Shown one piece after another: positions 19,924 through 30,953 of a DNA stretch of 64,000 nt. A program made the translations under genes and the position numbers. Each line of letters starts with the position of its first letter. Position 1 is the stretch's first letter. Source of the DNA: Arenicellales bacterium. GTDB lineage: Bacteria; Pseudomonadota; Gammaproteobacteria; Arenicellales; Poriferihabitantaceae. A model generated the notes under the pieces. That model made no database searches and was not told where the DNA came from. It saw nothing but the letters and a program-made list of their open reading frames with translations. Location of the stretch: contig OZ220677.1 of the NCBI GenBank assembly GCA_965116335.1, positions 409,629-473,628 of the forward strand. The letters are read 5' to 3'.

Positions 19924-22569
19924 GTGTCGGAGTCCGAACCATGCGAGCAAACCCGGGGAATGGTCCCTGCACAAACGTATCGCTCCGATTACCGAGAGCC
20001 CGATTATCTGATCACATCTTCCAGTCTCGACATCCAGCTTGATTTTGAAGTCTGCCGGGTGGAGGCCGTACACACGGTCAGTAGAAATTCTCCTGATGCG
20101 ACTGAACTGAAACTCGACTGTGAGTGTATGGATATTCATTCGGTCTGCGTGGACGACCGCATACTGGAAGACGGACAATATGAGATAACCGATTATTATT
20201 TAACAATTTTCAACGCGCCGGATAAGTTTCAGCTGAAAATCAGCAACACCATCAATCCATCGGAGAATACCGCATTGATGGGGCTGTACCAGTCCGGAGA
20301 TATGCTCTGTACCCAGTGTGAAGCCGAGGGTTACCGCAAGATTACTCCGGCCATCGACCGCCCGGACAATCTGGCTCGATACCGGGTCAGGCTGAGCGCG
20401 GACAAAAATCGCTTCCCGGTTTTGTTATGCAACGGCAACCTGGTTGAGCAAGGAGACCTGGAGAACGGCAGACACTTCGCGCTCTGGGATGACCCTTTTT
20501 TGAAGCCGACTTACCTGTTCGCCATCGTCGCCGGTCGCCTGAACTGTCTTGAAGATCATTTCCTGACCATGGACGGGCGGGATGTCACCCTGCGGTTTTT
20601 CGCCAGGGGCGATGATATAGATAAATGCGGCCACGCCATGCAATCCCTGAAAAAATCCATGCAATGGGATGAGCAGGTCTATGGACGAATCTATGACCTC
20701 GACCGGTTCAATGTAGTCGCGGTGGACGACTTCAACATGGGTGCAATGGAAAACAAGAGCCTCAACATATTCAACACGAAATATGTGCTGGCAGACATGA
20801 AAATGGCTACTGACACTGATTTCCAGAACGTAGAATCCGTGATCGGTCATGAATATTTCCATAACTGGTCCGGCAACCGGGTTACTTGCAGGGATTGGTT
20901 CCAGTTGAGTCTCAAGGAAGGCTTTACCGTGTTCAGAGATCAAGAGTTCAGTGCCGATATGGGGTCAAGGGCCGCCAAACGCATCGAAGATGTCAGTATG
21001 CTGAGGTCTCATCAGTTCAAGGAAGACGCAGGGCCAATGGCGCATCCCGTGCGACCTGAGTCCTATCAAACCATCAATAATTTCTATACCACAACGGTCT
21101 ATGAGAAAGGGGCTGAAGTAGTCAGGATGATACATACGTTACTTGGGGCGGAATTATTCCGTAGGGGAACCGATCATTACTTCGAGACCTGGGACGGCCA
21201 GGCAGTGACCATCGAACAGTTTATCTCTTCCATGGAAACAGTCAGTAACCGCGACCTGACGCAATTCAAGAACTGGTATGACCAGGCGGGCACTCCGGTT
21301 GTCTCAGTGAAATCCGGTTATCATGCCGAGCGCAGGGAGTTTGAGCTAACTCTCTCACAAAGATGCCCGGATACGCCGGGTCAATCAGACAAAAAGCCTT
21401 TCGTAATCCCGGTCAGAAGCGCACTGTTCAACCTGTCTGGAGAAAAACTGGAGCTCGGACACGGCGAAAAGGAGCAGGTGCTATGCCTGGATAAAGTTGA
21501 GCAAACCTGGTGCTTCCCGAACATCGAAAGCCGTCCGGTGCCCTCGCTCCTGCGCGGATTCAGTGCTCCGGTTGAACTCGAACCGAATCTGTCCGATCAG
21601 GAGTTGAGAGTATTGCTTGACCATGATGATGACCCGTTCAATCGCTGGGATTCGGGGCAGAGGTTTTACCTCAAGGACCTGCTTGTTAACCTCGAAAGAC
21701 ACCAAAATGGCGAAGACCTGGCATTCAATCCTGTGTTGAACGGATTATTTGATACGGCATTGGCTAATCATGACCCGGACCCTGCACTCACAGCCCTGTT
21801 GCTGACTCTGCCCACCGTCTCCTACCTGACCGAACAGGTCTCACCCATAGACCCACAAGCCATTCAGAAGGTTCACCAGGCAATGAAAATCTTTCTGGCC
21901 ACCCGGTCACAGACCGCATTGAACCGGGTTTATCATAAATGCCAGAAGCTGAATCAGGGAAACCCGATGGAAAATGAGATCAAGGCACGTGACTTGCGAG
22001 ATCGGTGCCTGAACTACCTCATTACTCTGGATACCGAACCCGCCCATGCCCTGTGCATGGAACAACTGAGCCACTCGAAGTGTATGACCGATTCAGCGCG
22101 GGCCATGGCCTTCATTTGTCGCTCCACTTGCCCGCATAAGGAGTCTGTGCTGGATGATTTCTATGAACAGTGGAAAGACGAACCACTGGTTGTCGACAAC
22201 TGGTTGCGGGCGCAAGCCGGAGTGGATGATCCGGGTACGCTACAGCGAGTGAGAATATTGACTCAGCATCCGGGGTTCGATCACCTGAATCCGAACAAGG
22301 TTTATTCCTTGATACTGGGCTTCACTCATGGCAACCCCGTCTGTTTCCATGCCGAAGATGGCAGCGGCTATGATTTTCTGCTGGAATGGGTCGAAACTCT
22401 CGATCCGGTCAACCCCCAGGTCTGCGCCCGTCTGGCATCGGCGTTGAACAACTGGAAAAAATACAAACCGGCACTACGCGACCAGATGCACGAAGCACTG
22501 AACCGCATCCTGAAGATAAACGGACTGTCAACCGACGTCCGCGAGATCGCCACGCGCTGCCTGGAATAA
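19924..22569 (+). CDS. pepN: Aminopeptidase N
   Basis: GAMENK, HEYFHNW (HExxH), LKEG, YEKGAEV. Confidence 0.97.
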   Translation: MSESEPCEQTRGMVPAQTYRSDYREPDYLITSSSLDIQLDFEVCRVEAVHTVSRNSPDATELKLDCECMDIHSVCVDDRILEDGQYEITDYYLTIFNAPDKFQLKISNTINPSENTALMGLYQSGDMLCTQCEAEGYRKITPAIDRPDNLARYRVRLSADKNRFPVLLCNGNLVEQGDLENGRHFALWDDPFLKPTYLFAIVAGRLNCLEDHFLTMDGRDVTLRFFARGDDIDKCGHAMQSLKKSMQWDEQVYGRIYDLDRFNVVAVDDFNMGAMENKSLNIFNTKYVLADMKMATDTDFQNVESVIGHEYFHNWSGNRVTCRDWFQLSLKEGFTVFRDQEFSADMGSRAAKRIEDVSMLRSHQFKEDAGPMAHPVRPESYQTINNFYTTTVYEKGAEVVRMIHTLLGAELFRRGTDHYFETWDGQAVTIEQFISSMETVSNRDLTQFKNWYDQAGTPVVSVKSGYHAERREFELTLSQRCPDTPGQSDKKPFVIPVRSALFNLSGEKLELGHGEKEQVLCLDKVEQTWCFPNIESRPVPSLLRGFSAPVELEPNLSDQELRVLLDHDDDPFNRWDSGQRFYLKDLLVNLERHQNGEDLAFNPVLNGLFDTALANHDPDPALTALLLTLPTVSYLTEQVSPIDPQAIQKVHQAMKIFLATRSQTALNRVYHKCQKLNQGNPMENEIKARDLRDRCLNYLITLDTEPAHALCMEQLSHSKCMTDSARAMAFICRSTCPHKESVLDDFYEQWKDEPLVVDNWLRAQAGVDDPGTLQRVRILTQHPGFDHLNPNKVYSLILGFTHGNPVCFHAEDGSGYDFLLEWVETLDPVNPQVCARLASALNNWKKYKPALRDQMHEALNRILKINGLSTDVREIATRCLE

Positions 22570-22579
22570 TCTGACCCTG

Positions 22580-24454
22580 TCAGGACATTGCTTCCAGCTT
22601 TTCGACAATCCGCTGCCTGATACCCGCCACTGACAATCCGATTTCCTCCAGTTGCTGCTGCTGGGAACCGTGCTCCACGTGCCGGTCCGGGACACCCAGA
22701 TTCAGCACTGCGGTCTGTCGGCCATTTTCGGCCAGGCATTCATTCACCGCCGAACCGGCACCCCCCATCAGGACATTTTCCTCGACCGTAACCACCAGAC
22801 TATGACTGTCTGCCATAGCAAGTATCAACGCCGTGTCGAGTGGCTTCACAAATCTCATGTTAACCACCTTACAGTCGAGTTCATCACCGACTTCGATCGC
22901 CGGATAAACCATGGTTCCGAACGCCAGAATCACGACCTGGTTATTGTCGGATTCTCTGCGGACTTCCGCTTTTCCTATGGGCAATGCGACCATTTCAGCT
23001 TCTTCGGCAGCGCCGGGGCCACCGCCTCTCGGATAGCGCACTGAGGCCGGGCCGACATGGATATGCCCGGTATATAACATATTGCGACATTCCGCTTCAT
23101 CAGCCGGTGCCATGATGACCATTCCAGGGATACATCTCAGATAGGAATAATCATAAACTCCGGCATGAGTCGCGCCATCCGCGCCGACCAGTCCAGCCCG
23201 GTCTATCGCAAACAGCACATCCAGATCCTGTATCGAAATATCATGAATAAACTGATCGTAGGCACGTTGCAGGAATGTCGAATAAATGGCGACCACAGGC
23301 TTGAGCCCTTCGCAGGCCAGCCCGGCGGCAAATGTCAGGGAATGCTGCTCGGCAATGCCCACGTCGAAATACCGATCCGGGTACTCTTTGGCAAAGCGCA
23401 CCAACCCCGAACCCTCACGCATGGCCGGAGTAATACCGATCAGGGACGAGTCTTTGGCTGCCATATCACACAACCAGTCACTGAATACATGAGTATAGGA
23501 GCGCACCTTCTTGCCGGCTTCCAGTTTGCCGGTATCCTTGTCAAACGGAGAAACCCCGTGATAAGTGGTCGGTGCTGTCGATGCTGGCTCAAAACCGTGG
23601 CCTTTCTCGGTGACGATATGAAGCAACCGCGGCCCCTTCATTTTCTTCAGGTTTTCCAATGTGATAACCAAACTATCTACATTGTGTCCATCGATCGGCC
23701 CGATGTAATAGAAACCGAGTTCTTCAAAGAGTGTACTCGGCATCACCATTCCTTTCATGTGTTCTTCCAGCCGTCTCGCATACTTCTTGATCCGTGGCGG
23801 CAGAGTGGTCAATACCGTTCTTCCTTCCCGTATCGTTGAATAAGCTCGTCCCGACATCAGTCTCGCCAGATAACTGGAAATGGCGCCCACATTCGGGGAA
23901 ATCGACATCTCGTTATCATTCAGAATCACCAGCAGATCGACATCCAGGTCACCGGCATTGTTCAGCGCTTCAAAAGCCATACCGCCGGTCAACCCCCCGT
24001 CTCCGATCACTGCGACTACTTCACGTTCCATTTTCATGTGCCGGGAAGCGACCGCCATACCGAGCGCCGCACTGATCGAGGTGCTGGCGTGTCCCGCCCC
24101 GAAGGTATCATATTCGCTCTCAGTCCGTTTAAGAAATCCTGATAACCCTTTGTATTTACGAATAGTCTCGAATCTGTCACGGCGTCCGGTCAATATCTTG
24201 TGCGGGTACGCCTGATGACCAATATCCCAGACCAGCCGGTCATCTGGAGTGTTCAGAACATAATGCAATGCAATGGTCAGTTCTACCGTACCCAGACCGG
24301 GAGCAAAATGCCCGCCTGTCCTGGACAAGACTTCGATCAGATAATTGCGTAATTCATCAGCCAGTTGCTCCAGTTGTTTCTTTTTCAGTTTGCGCAAGCT
24401 GGCCGGGTCATCTATTTTCGACAGCAAGGGGTAACGGGTATCGGTCTCAGACAT
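22580..24454 (-). CDS. dxs: 1-deoxy-D-xylulose-5-phosphate synthase
   Basis: [52 protein letters not shown]. Confidence 0.98.
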   Translation of the reverse strand: MSETDTRYPLLSKIDDPASLRKLKKKQLEQLADELRNYLIEVLSRTGGHFAPGLGTVELTIALHYVLNTPDDRLVWDIGHQAYPHKILTGRRDRFETIRKYKGLSGFLKRTESEYDTFGAGHASTSISAALGMAVASRHMKMEREVVAVIGDGGLTGGMAFEALNNAGDLDVDLLVILNDNEMSISPNVGAISSYLARLMSGRAYSTIREGRTVLTTLPPRIKKYARRLEEHMKGMVMPSTLFEELGFYYIGPIDGHNVDSLVITLENLKKMKGPRLLHIVTEKGHGFEPASTAPTTYHGVSPFDKDTGKLEAGKKVRSYTHVFSDWLCDMAAKDSSLIGITPAMREGSGLVRFAKEYPDRYFDVGIAEQHSLTFAAGLACEGLKPVVAIYSTFLQRAYDQFIHDISIQDLDVLFAIDRAGLVGADGATHAGVYDYSYLRCIPGMVIMAPADEAECRNMLYTGHIHVGPASVRYPRGGGPGAAEEAEMVALPIGKAEVRRESDNNQVVILAFGTMVYPAIEVGDELDCKVVNMRFVKPLDTALILAMADSHSLVVTVEENVLMGGAGSAVNECLAENGRQTAVLNLGVPDRHVEHGSQQQQLEEIGLSVAGIRQRIVEKLEAMS

Positions 24455-25347
24455 CAGTAACTCCTGGTTATGACAAAATTCGCGAGCTGTTCAAGGAAAG
24501 CTCTGCTTTCTCCTGGACCTCGAATTGCTTGAACCGCCTGCTCTGACAATTTGGCGGCTTCGGCTTTTGCGGCATCCAGTCCAAGTATCGACACGTAGGT
24601 TGATTTATTCATGATCTGGTCCGCGCCACTGGCCTTACCCAAAGTCTGGCTATTTGAAGTGGCATCCAGTATATCATCCAAAACCTGAAATGCGAGACCA
24701 ATGCAGGAACCATAAACCCGTATACCGGACAACAATTCCTGGTCCGGGTTTTGCGCGGCCAGACAACCGATTATGGCTGATGATTCGATCAGTTGCCCGG
24801 TCTTGAGGCCATGAATCCGCACCAGACCAGCGTAGTCAACCGCTTGCCCCGTAGCTTCCATGTCCAGAGCCTGCCCACCCGCCATACCGAGTGAACCGGA
24901 GCCCCTGGCCAGTTGTTCGATCATCGCCACGCGGTTTTTAGCATCAATGTCATTCCATTTCGTGGAGGCGAGAATTTCAAAAGCCCGGCTCTGCAAGGCA
25001 TCTCCGGCCAGAATGGCCAGCGCCTCGCCAAAAGCGATATGGCAGCTTGCCCTGCCCCGTCGCAGATCATCGTCATCCATTGTCGGCAAATCGTCATGAA
25101 TCAGGGAATAGGCATGGATCATTTCCACCGCGCAGGCCGGAGTATCGAGTCGCTCCAGGGTCGCCCCGGCGGCCTGCCCGCAGGCGTAGACCAGCATAGC
25201 GCGAAATCGCTTCCCGCCACCGAGACAGCTATAGGCCATCGCCTGATGTAATCTTTCGGGAATCACCGAGCTTTCAATCAATCGGGCCGCCAGGGCGCGC
25301 TCGGTTCGTTTGCTATAACGCTCCCATACGGATTGAAACCCGGTCAC
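24454..25347 (-). CDS. ispA: Farnesyl diphosphate synthase (geranyltranstransferase)
   Basis: [31 protein letters not shown]; xseB-ispA-dxs order. Confidence 0.96.
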   Translation of the reverse strand: MTGFQSVWERYSKRTERALAARLIESSVIPERLHQAMAYSCLGGGKRFRAMLVYACGQAAGATLERLDTPACAVEMIHAYSLIHDDLPTMDDDDLRRGRASCHIAFGEALAILAGDALQSRAFEILASTKWNDIDAKNRVAMIEQLARGSGSLGMAGGQALDMEATGQAVDYAGLVRIHGLKTGQLIESSAIIGCLAAQNPDQELLSGIRVYGSCIGLAFQVLDDILDATSNSQTLGKASGADQIMNKSTYVSILGLDAAKAEAAKLSEQAVQAIRGPGESRAFLEQLANFVITRSY

Positions 25348-25632
25348 TTAACAATCCGCATCATCATGGGAACGGTTACCCATATCCGCGGGCGAGTCAC
25401 TGTCGATCATTTCCAATCGGTAGTCGCCATGTTTTTTAACCAGCATCTCCACTTTTTGCTGGGCCTCATCCAACCCTTTCCGGCACAGTTCAGACAACTG
25501 CATTCCTCTCTCGAAATCCTGAAGAGTATCGTCCAGTGACTGATCACCCTGCTCCATCCGCCTTACAATTTTTTCCAGTTCAGACAGGGATTTTTCAAAA
25601 TCGGTTATCGGTTTTTTCATCGGGGCTGTCAT
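25348..25632 (-). CDS. xseB: Exodeoxyribonuclease VII small subunit
   Basis: DFEKSLSELEKIVRRMEQGDQSLDDTLQDFERG; start at 25632 or 25620. Confidence 0.92.
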   Translation of the reverse strand: MTAPMKKPITDFEKSLSELEKIVRRMEQGDQSLDDTLQDFERGMQLSELCRKGLDEAQQKVEMLVKKHGDYRLEMIDSDSPADMGNRSHDDADC

Positions 25633-25675
25633 AATACGCGATAATCGGGTTTGGTATTCGCCAAGTATAGTAATT

Positions 25676-27568
25676 ATGAGCAACCGTTACAACGCATCTG
25701 CTATTGAAGTTCTGACCGGGCTTGAGCCGGTCCGCAAACGTCCGGGGATGTACACTGAGACAGACCGCCCCAACCATCTGGCCCATGAGGTCATCGACAA
25801 CAGTGTGGATGAGGCGATTGTCGGGCAGGCAGACTGTATCGAGGTTCATCTGCATCAGGATGGCTCACTGACCGTATCGGACAACGGGCGCGGTATGCCG
25901 GTGGATGTCCACCAGGAAGAAGGCATCAGCGGTGTCGAGTTGATTCTGACCCGGTTACATACGGGCGGTAAATTCTCCGGGGAACATTATCAGTATTCAG
26001 GCGGACTGCATGGCGTAGGCGTCGCGGTAGTCAATGCCCTGTCGGAGAAAATGGAAGTATGGATCAAGCGCAACGGTGAACAGTACCATATCCGCTTTGC
26101 CCATGGAGAGAAGCAAACAGAACTCACGATCACAGGCAAATCGGCCCGCTCCGACACCGGAACGAAAATCCGCTTTCACCCCGACCCTGCCTACTTCGAT
26201 TCTGCTGAGTTTCAGGTCGTCTCACTAAAAGCAATGCTGAAGGCAAAAGCAGTCTTGTGTCCGGGGCTACAAGTCCACTTTTTTGATGAGAAAACGCCGG
26301 AGAATACGGAATCATGGCATTACGACGAGGGTCTGCTCGAATACTTGAGCGGAGCCCTGGTCAATGCGGATCTGGTGCCAGCATTGCCTTATATCGGCAA
26401 ATTCCGCGGCGAATCCGGCAAACTGGACTGGGCCATGGCATGGGTTACCGATGGCAGCGGAATGGTCACCGAAAGTTATGTCAATCTGGTGCCCACTATG
26501 CGGGGAGGCACTCATGTCAGCGGTTTTCGGAGCGGGTTGACCGAGGCGATTCGGGAGTTTTGTGAGTTCCGGGATATACTTCCCCGTGGTATCCGGATTT
26601 CTGCGGAAGATGTAGTGAGTAATTGTGCATGGGTTCTGTCCGCACAGGTCCAGGAACCCCGGTTTAGCGGTCAGACCAAGGATCGGCTAACCTCCAGGGA
26701 AACCGCCACGATGGTGCACAATGCAGTCAAGGACGCATTCGGCTTCTGGTTGAACCACAACATCGCAGATGCGGAAAGTATTGCCCGCATTGCTATCGAA
26801 AATGCCCAACGCAGTTTGCAAGCGGGCAAACGGGTACAACGCAAGAAAATAAGCAGCGGCCCTGCCCTGCCCGGCAAACTGGCTGACTGTATCAGCGATA
26901 ATCTGGAAGAGACCGAGTTATTTTTGGTAGAAGGGGATTCTGCCGGTGGCTCGGCCAAGCAGGCCCGGCAACGCAACTTCCAGGCCGTGATGCCACTTCG
27001 CGGAAAAATCCTGAATACCTGGGAGGTTGATTCCACTGAAGTGCTGGCCTCGCAGGAAGTACATGACATAGCCGTAGCACTGGGCGTGGATCCGGGTTCC
27101 GATGACTTGTCCGGATTGCGCTATGGTCGGGTTTGTGTGCTCGCGGACGCCGATTTTGACGGAGCGCACATTGCCACCCTGTTATGCGCCTTGTTCCTGC
27201 GCCACTTCCCGGCACTGGTGGCTGAAGGGCGGGTTTGTGTGGCTATGCCACCACTTTATCGAATTGACGTAGCCAAAAAGGTCTTCTATGCGCTGGACGA
27301 GGAAGATAAGGATAACCTGTTGAAACGACTGGAATCCGAAAAGGTACGCGGCAAGATCAACATCCAGCGATTCAAGGGTCTGGGTGAAATGAACCCCCTG
27401 CAACTGCGGGAAACGACCATGGCACCACCAACCCGAAGCCTGCAACAACTCGAAGTCGTGGACGGCGATGACACGCACTCATTACTGGATATGCTGTTAG
27501 CCAAAAAACGAGCGGCTGACCGTAAATCATGGCTCAGTGAAAAGGGTGACCAGATCGAACTGATATAA
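25676..27568 (+). CDS. parE: DNA topoisomerase IV subunit B
   Basis: YNASAIEVLTGLEPVRKRPGMY, EVIDNSVDEA, LVEGDSAGGSAKQAR, QRFKGLGEMNPLQL; 630 aa without the long GyrB insertion. Confidence 0.97.
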   Translation: MSNRYNASAIEVLTGLEPVRKRPGMYTETDRPNHLAHEVIDNSVDEAIVGQADCIEVHLHQDGSLTVSDNGRGMPVDVHQEEGISGVELILTRLHTGGKFSGEHYQYSGGLHGVGVAVVNALSEKMEVWIKRNGEQYHIRFAHGEKQTELTITGKSARSDTGTKIRFHPDPAYFDSAEFQVVSLKAMLKAKAVLCPGLQVHFFDEKTPENTESWHYDEGLLEYLSGALVNADLVPALPYIGKFRGESGKLDWAMAWVTDGSGMVTESYVNLVPTMRGGTHVSGFRSGLTEAIREFCEFRDILPRGIRISAEDVVSNCAWVLSAQVQEPRFSGQTKDRLTSRETATMVHNAVKDAFGFWLNHNIADAESIARIAIENAQRSLQAGKRVQRKKISSGPALPGKLADCISDNLEETELFLVEGDSAGGSAKQARQRNFQAVMPLRGKILNTWEVDSTEVLASQEVHDIAVALGVDPGSDDLSGLRYGRVCVLADADFDGAHIATLLCALFLRHFPALVAEGRVCVAMPPLYRIDVAKKVFYALDEEDKDNLLKRLESEKVRGKINIQRFKGLGEMNPLQLRETTMAPPTRSLQQLEVVDGDDTHSLLDMLLAKKRAADRKSWLSEKGDQIELI

Positions 27569-28655
27569 GCCACTGTTACATCCCTATATCTACAGTAGTT
27601 GCTTTTCAATGTAAGACTGTAAAACACCTGTTGCTCCGTCACCGACTTTTGAACTTACACTTATAAGAAAGCTCTTAAGACGCTGCTTCATCTTTAACCT
27701 TTGCTCTTTGGGAACGCCAGTGTCTTCCAGTTCATACACGGATGAGGCTAACTTATCAGCATTTTTGCCACCGTATGTTTGTATTATCTCAAGTAACTGT
27801 TGTGTTTCAGGAGCAATATGCTGATTCCCTGTTATTTCTTGAGCGATAACACCGTGCACAGTTTCTACGAACTGAGGGTTCATGTTGATTGTCAGATTAT
27901 GAGCGGGACTAAAACCTGTAATCATAGGAGCACCTAAGTCAATAGAAGTAATACTTTGTGTACTACTTAATTGCGGGACTGCCATATCGACAAGCTGTCC
28001 AATAGCATCCCAATCTGTAACGCCATGTGATTTGTCAACAAGTTCCGATTCAAGACGTTGCCGTATGCTTAAAACTTTTTGCTCTAATTCATGTTTCAAA
28101 TCGACGCTTAAGCGCTTCGCTTCTTTCGAGTAACGAGACAAGATACCCATGATGTCTTTTTTCGGCATTGCTTTGTTTCTCAAAACATTCTCAGCAACAG
28201 CGGAATCAGTGACACATAAATCCATGAATTTAGTGAATTCCGAAAATTCAAAATCAATATTCGAACTTTGTTCGGATTCGCTACTATAAATTTCGTAAAT
28301 AACACCTTTGTTTGTTCGAGTTTGGTCAAATCTTACTGATAAGCCCGATATTTTTTCTAAATAGTCTCTAAATAGTTGTAGCAACTTGTCAGTTTCATTG
28401 GACCATAAGCGACTATTTGGAACGTATGTTCTGAACAGTAAATTATGCTCTGTTTCCGCGAGAAACGTTTGAGCCATCACGGTGACTTCTGCGCTTCTTT
28501 TATACGGCATTAATTCAATGTCATAATCAGCAATTAATTCAAAGAACCTCTCTCTCGCCACATGTGTTGGTTTATTGTAATAATATTCCCCCTCATCACT
28601 CTCTTTGTAATTTCCGGACAAGATGTCTTCATACACAAATACAATATTTGGCACA

Positions 28656-30189
28656 GGATGTAGAATGGGGATGTAGAATGGGTTGAGAGTTATGCGAATC
28701 CTGACGGGCTTTCGGTTGGGTGAACGAGGATCGGGCAGCCCCTCTCCGGAATGTGTCGTAAGGGGCGTTGCAAAGGGCGGTTGCGACCGGCAATCCGCCT
28801 TCTCAGGGGGTCGCGAGCGTCTGAAGCCGTCTGATGTTCAATGCCAGGCACACAAGCTCCCACTCGCATCGCACCGGGTCGAGACCCCGCAGGCTGAAAC
28901 GACGAAAACCCAGTACTTCCTTGATCCACCCGTTGGGTGCTTCCGACAACCACTTGCGTTGCGCGTATTGTTTGCGTCCCGCAGGGGTCGACAGTTTCTC
29001 GGCCATGCGCGCTTTTGCCGGACACTTCCGGGCATCTACCGCAATGTCCCTCCGCGACTCCCGACCCAAGGCCACATAGCCGTCTACGCCGCGACCCTCC
29101 AGCTTCGCAAGATCCGACTCGTTGCAGTAGCCCGCATCCGCCAGCACCGTATCTGGACGTTCCCCATAGACCGTCTCCACTTCGTCCAGCAGCCCCACCA
29201 GATGCCCTTGATCACTGGCGTTCGATGTCACCCCACTCGCCACAATCAACTGGTGACTGCCATCCACCACTACCTGCGCGTTGTAGCACTGTTGGTAGCC
29301 TTCCGATGAGGTCTTCATGATCCGGCTCTCGCAGTCTGTGAAATTATCCTGCGCCCGATCGTCCGGCTTGCCGTATTCACGCTTGTAGGGCCGCCCCCCC
29401 TTGGGATTACACCGGCTCCCCGGCTCCCGACCCCGCGCATCGTCCGATTCCCGTTGCCGTGCCTCCAGACGCGCCTTCGCCGCCCGAATCGCCGCCAACC
29501 GATCCTCCCGACGACGCAACGCCTCCGGCAATTCGTCTCCCCGAACCGAATGACCCAGCAATTCGTCCTCCGCAGCATCCGTCCTCCGTGCCTGTTCCAA
29601 CAAACCCTCAATCTCCGCCTCCAACTGACCCGCTTTCTCAACCATCCGACCATAGCTCATCGCCTTGCGCTTGCTCGCATTCGCGCGAACCTTGGTGCCA
29701 TCAACCGACAACTTGCCAAACTCAACCAAACCCACCTCCCGCGCCAAACGCACCACCTGGGCAAACAAACCTCCAAAATCTACAAGATGACGACGCCGAA
29801 ACTCGCAGATCGTCCGGTGACTCGGAAAATTGCCCGCACCCAACAACCGAAACGCCACATCTTCCTCCAGCTTGCACGACAACTTGCGCGAAGAAAATAC
29901 ACCCGTCGCGTAGCCGTAAATCAGTACCTTCAGCATCATCCGAGGCTCGTAAGGCGACTTGCGCCGACCATCTCCCAGGTAGGGCGCGTAAAATGCCGTC
30001 AAATCCAACCCGTCCACCAAATCACTCACATGGTGTGCCAAATGTCCTTCCGGCAACCAGTCCCGCAAGTCCGGCGGCAATAACAGTTTCTGATCCGGGT
30101 GGTAAGGGCGAAATCTCGTCGGCATCTCAAATATCCTCAATCATTCATTCCAAAATATTATCTCAAACCCGTTCCTACAGCGCAAACTC
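28656..30189 (-). mobile_element. IS1182-family insertion sequence (~1.53 kb)
   Basis: GC-rich block inside an AT-rich gene. The end upstream of the transposase reads CTAG|GAGTTTGCGCTGTAGGAACGGGTTTGAGA; the other end carries the related inverted TGTAGAATGGGTTGAGA. Confidence 0.85.
28803..30140 (-). CDS. IS1182-family DDE transposase
   Basis: LLPPDLRDWLPEGHLAH, YEPRMMLKVLIYGYATGVFSSRKL, PSHRTICEFRRRH, VDGTKVRANASKRKAMSY, ADAGY, GFRRFSLRG; may start at ATG 30125. Confidence 0.93.
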   Translation of the reverse strand: MRIFEMPTRFRPYHPDQKLLLPPDLRDWLPEGHLAHHVSDLVDGLDLTAFYAPYLGDGRRKSPYEPRMMLKVLIYGYATGVFSSRKLSCKLEEDVAFRLLGAGNFPSHRTICEFRRRHLVDFGGLFAQVVRLAREVGLVEFGKLSVDGTKVRANASKRKAMSYGRMVEKAGQLEAEIEGLLEQARRTDAAEDELLGHSVRGDELPEALRRREDRLAAIRAAKARLEARQRESDDARGREPGSRCNPKGGRPYKREYGKPDDRAQDNFTDCESRIMKTSSEGYQQCYNAQVVVDGSHQLIVASGVTSNASDQGHLVGLLDEVETVYGERPDTVLADAGYCNESDLAKLEGRGVDGYVALGRESRRDIAVDARKCPAKARMAEKLSTPAGRKQYAQRKWLSEAPNGWIKEVLGFRRFSLRGLDPVRCEWELVCLALNIRRLQTLATP

Positions 30190-30953
30190 CTAGCGATTTT
30201 CTCGAACAGCATTTCTCGAACACCGTTATATTCTGAGGAACAAGCGAGTGTAATGACATGGGATGAGAGCTTTACGATTACTCCGTCAATTAAAAATTCA
30301 TCGAAGTATTCAACAATTGACTTCCAGTTTTGTGCTGTAGATCTCAATAATTTGTGTTTATATTGTCGGCCTGCGGTTTGCAGAGGACTTAGTACCCCTC
30401 GGTCATGACCAATACTACCTATAAGCAACACCAGAGGCCGGTTATCTTCTAATTCGTATGTATCTGTTTCTGGGTTGTACATTTTTTGTTTTTTCCTAAC
30501 GAGGTTGTAGAAAAGCTTATATTCAAGTACGAATATATCTATTCTATCCTATTGAACCGGTGCCAAGACCCGCTTTCATCACTAGGGAAGAAAACCCGAA
30601 TTCGCCGTCAATACAAAGCGGTCTGCCCATCAACAACGGATAACTTGCACTAAATCTCACTTGAAAAACCAAGAGAACTAAATAAATTAGCGTTTTGAAC
30701 CAGATGAATAAATACTCTATACTTCACCTGTACCCGAACTAACAGTATAGTCATCTTTTCCAGCCTTCACTCGAACACAAGCATCATGGCACACTTCACA
30801 TGAACCAGGCAAATTTAGCCCGATACCCAAACCAGTCAGAATTCGAAACGGATCATCGACTACGAACTCCTTTGACCAAATGGTTGCTATAGCGGAAGGG
30901 TGCTGCGATGAGGATATTTTATACTTTTAGACAATTAAGGATTTCATAAAACT

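Larger units (their letters stand above)
27590..30482 (-). pseudogene. Unknown AT-rich gene (452 codons when rejoined) interrupted by an IS1182-family element
   Basis: Removing 28656-30189 joins ...GAG AAA ATC GCT AG|T GTG CCA AAT ATT... in frame (EKIASVPNI), fusing track ORFs 30141-30482 and 27590-28654. Confidence 0.8.

Noticed and set aside
25676-27568. parE without an adjacent parC
   Set aside because: parE and parC are often unlinked in proteobacteria, so this is not informative.
28683-30193. Long plus-strand ORFs (208, 209, 244 aa) within the IS
   Set aside because: Antisense shadows of the GC-rich transposase with low-complexity translations.
30483-30953. AT-rich intergenic region with GTTAGG near a start codon (integron-like) and an IS-end-like GAGGTTGTAGAAAAG
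   Set aside because: No attC-type paired inverted structure, no matching second IS end and no credible ORF.
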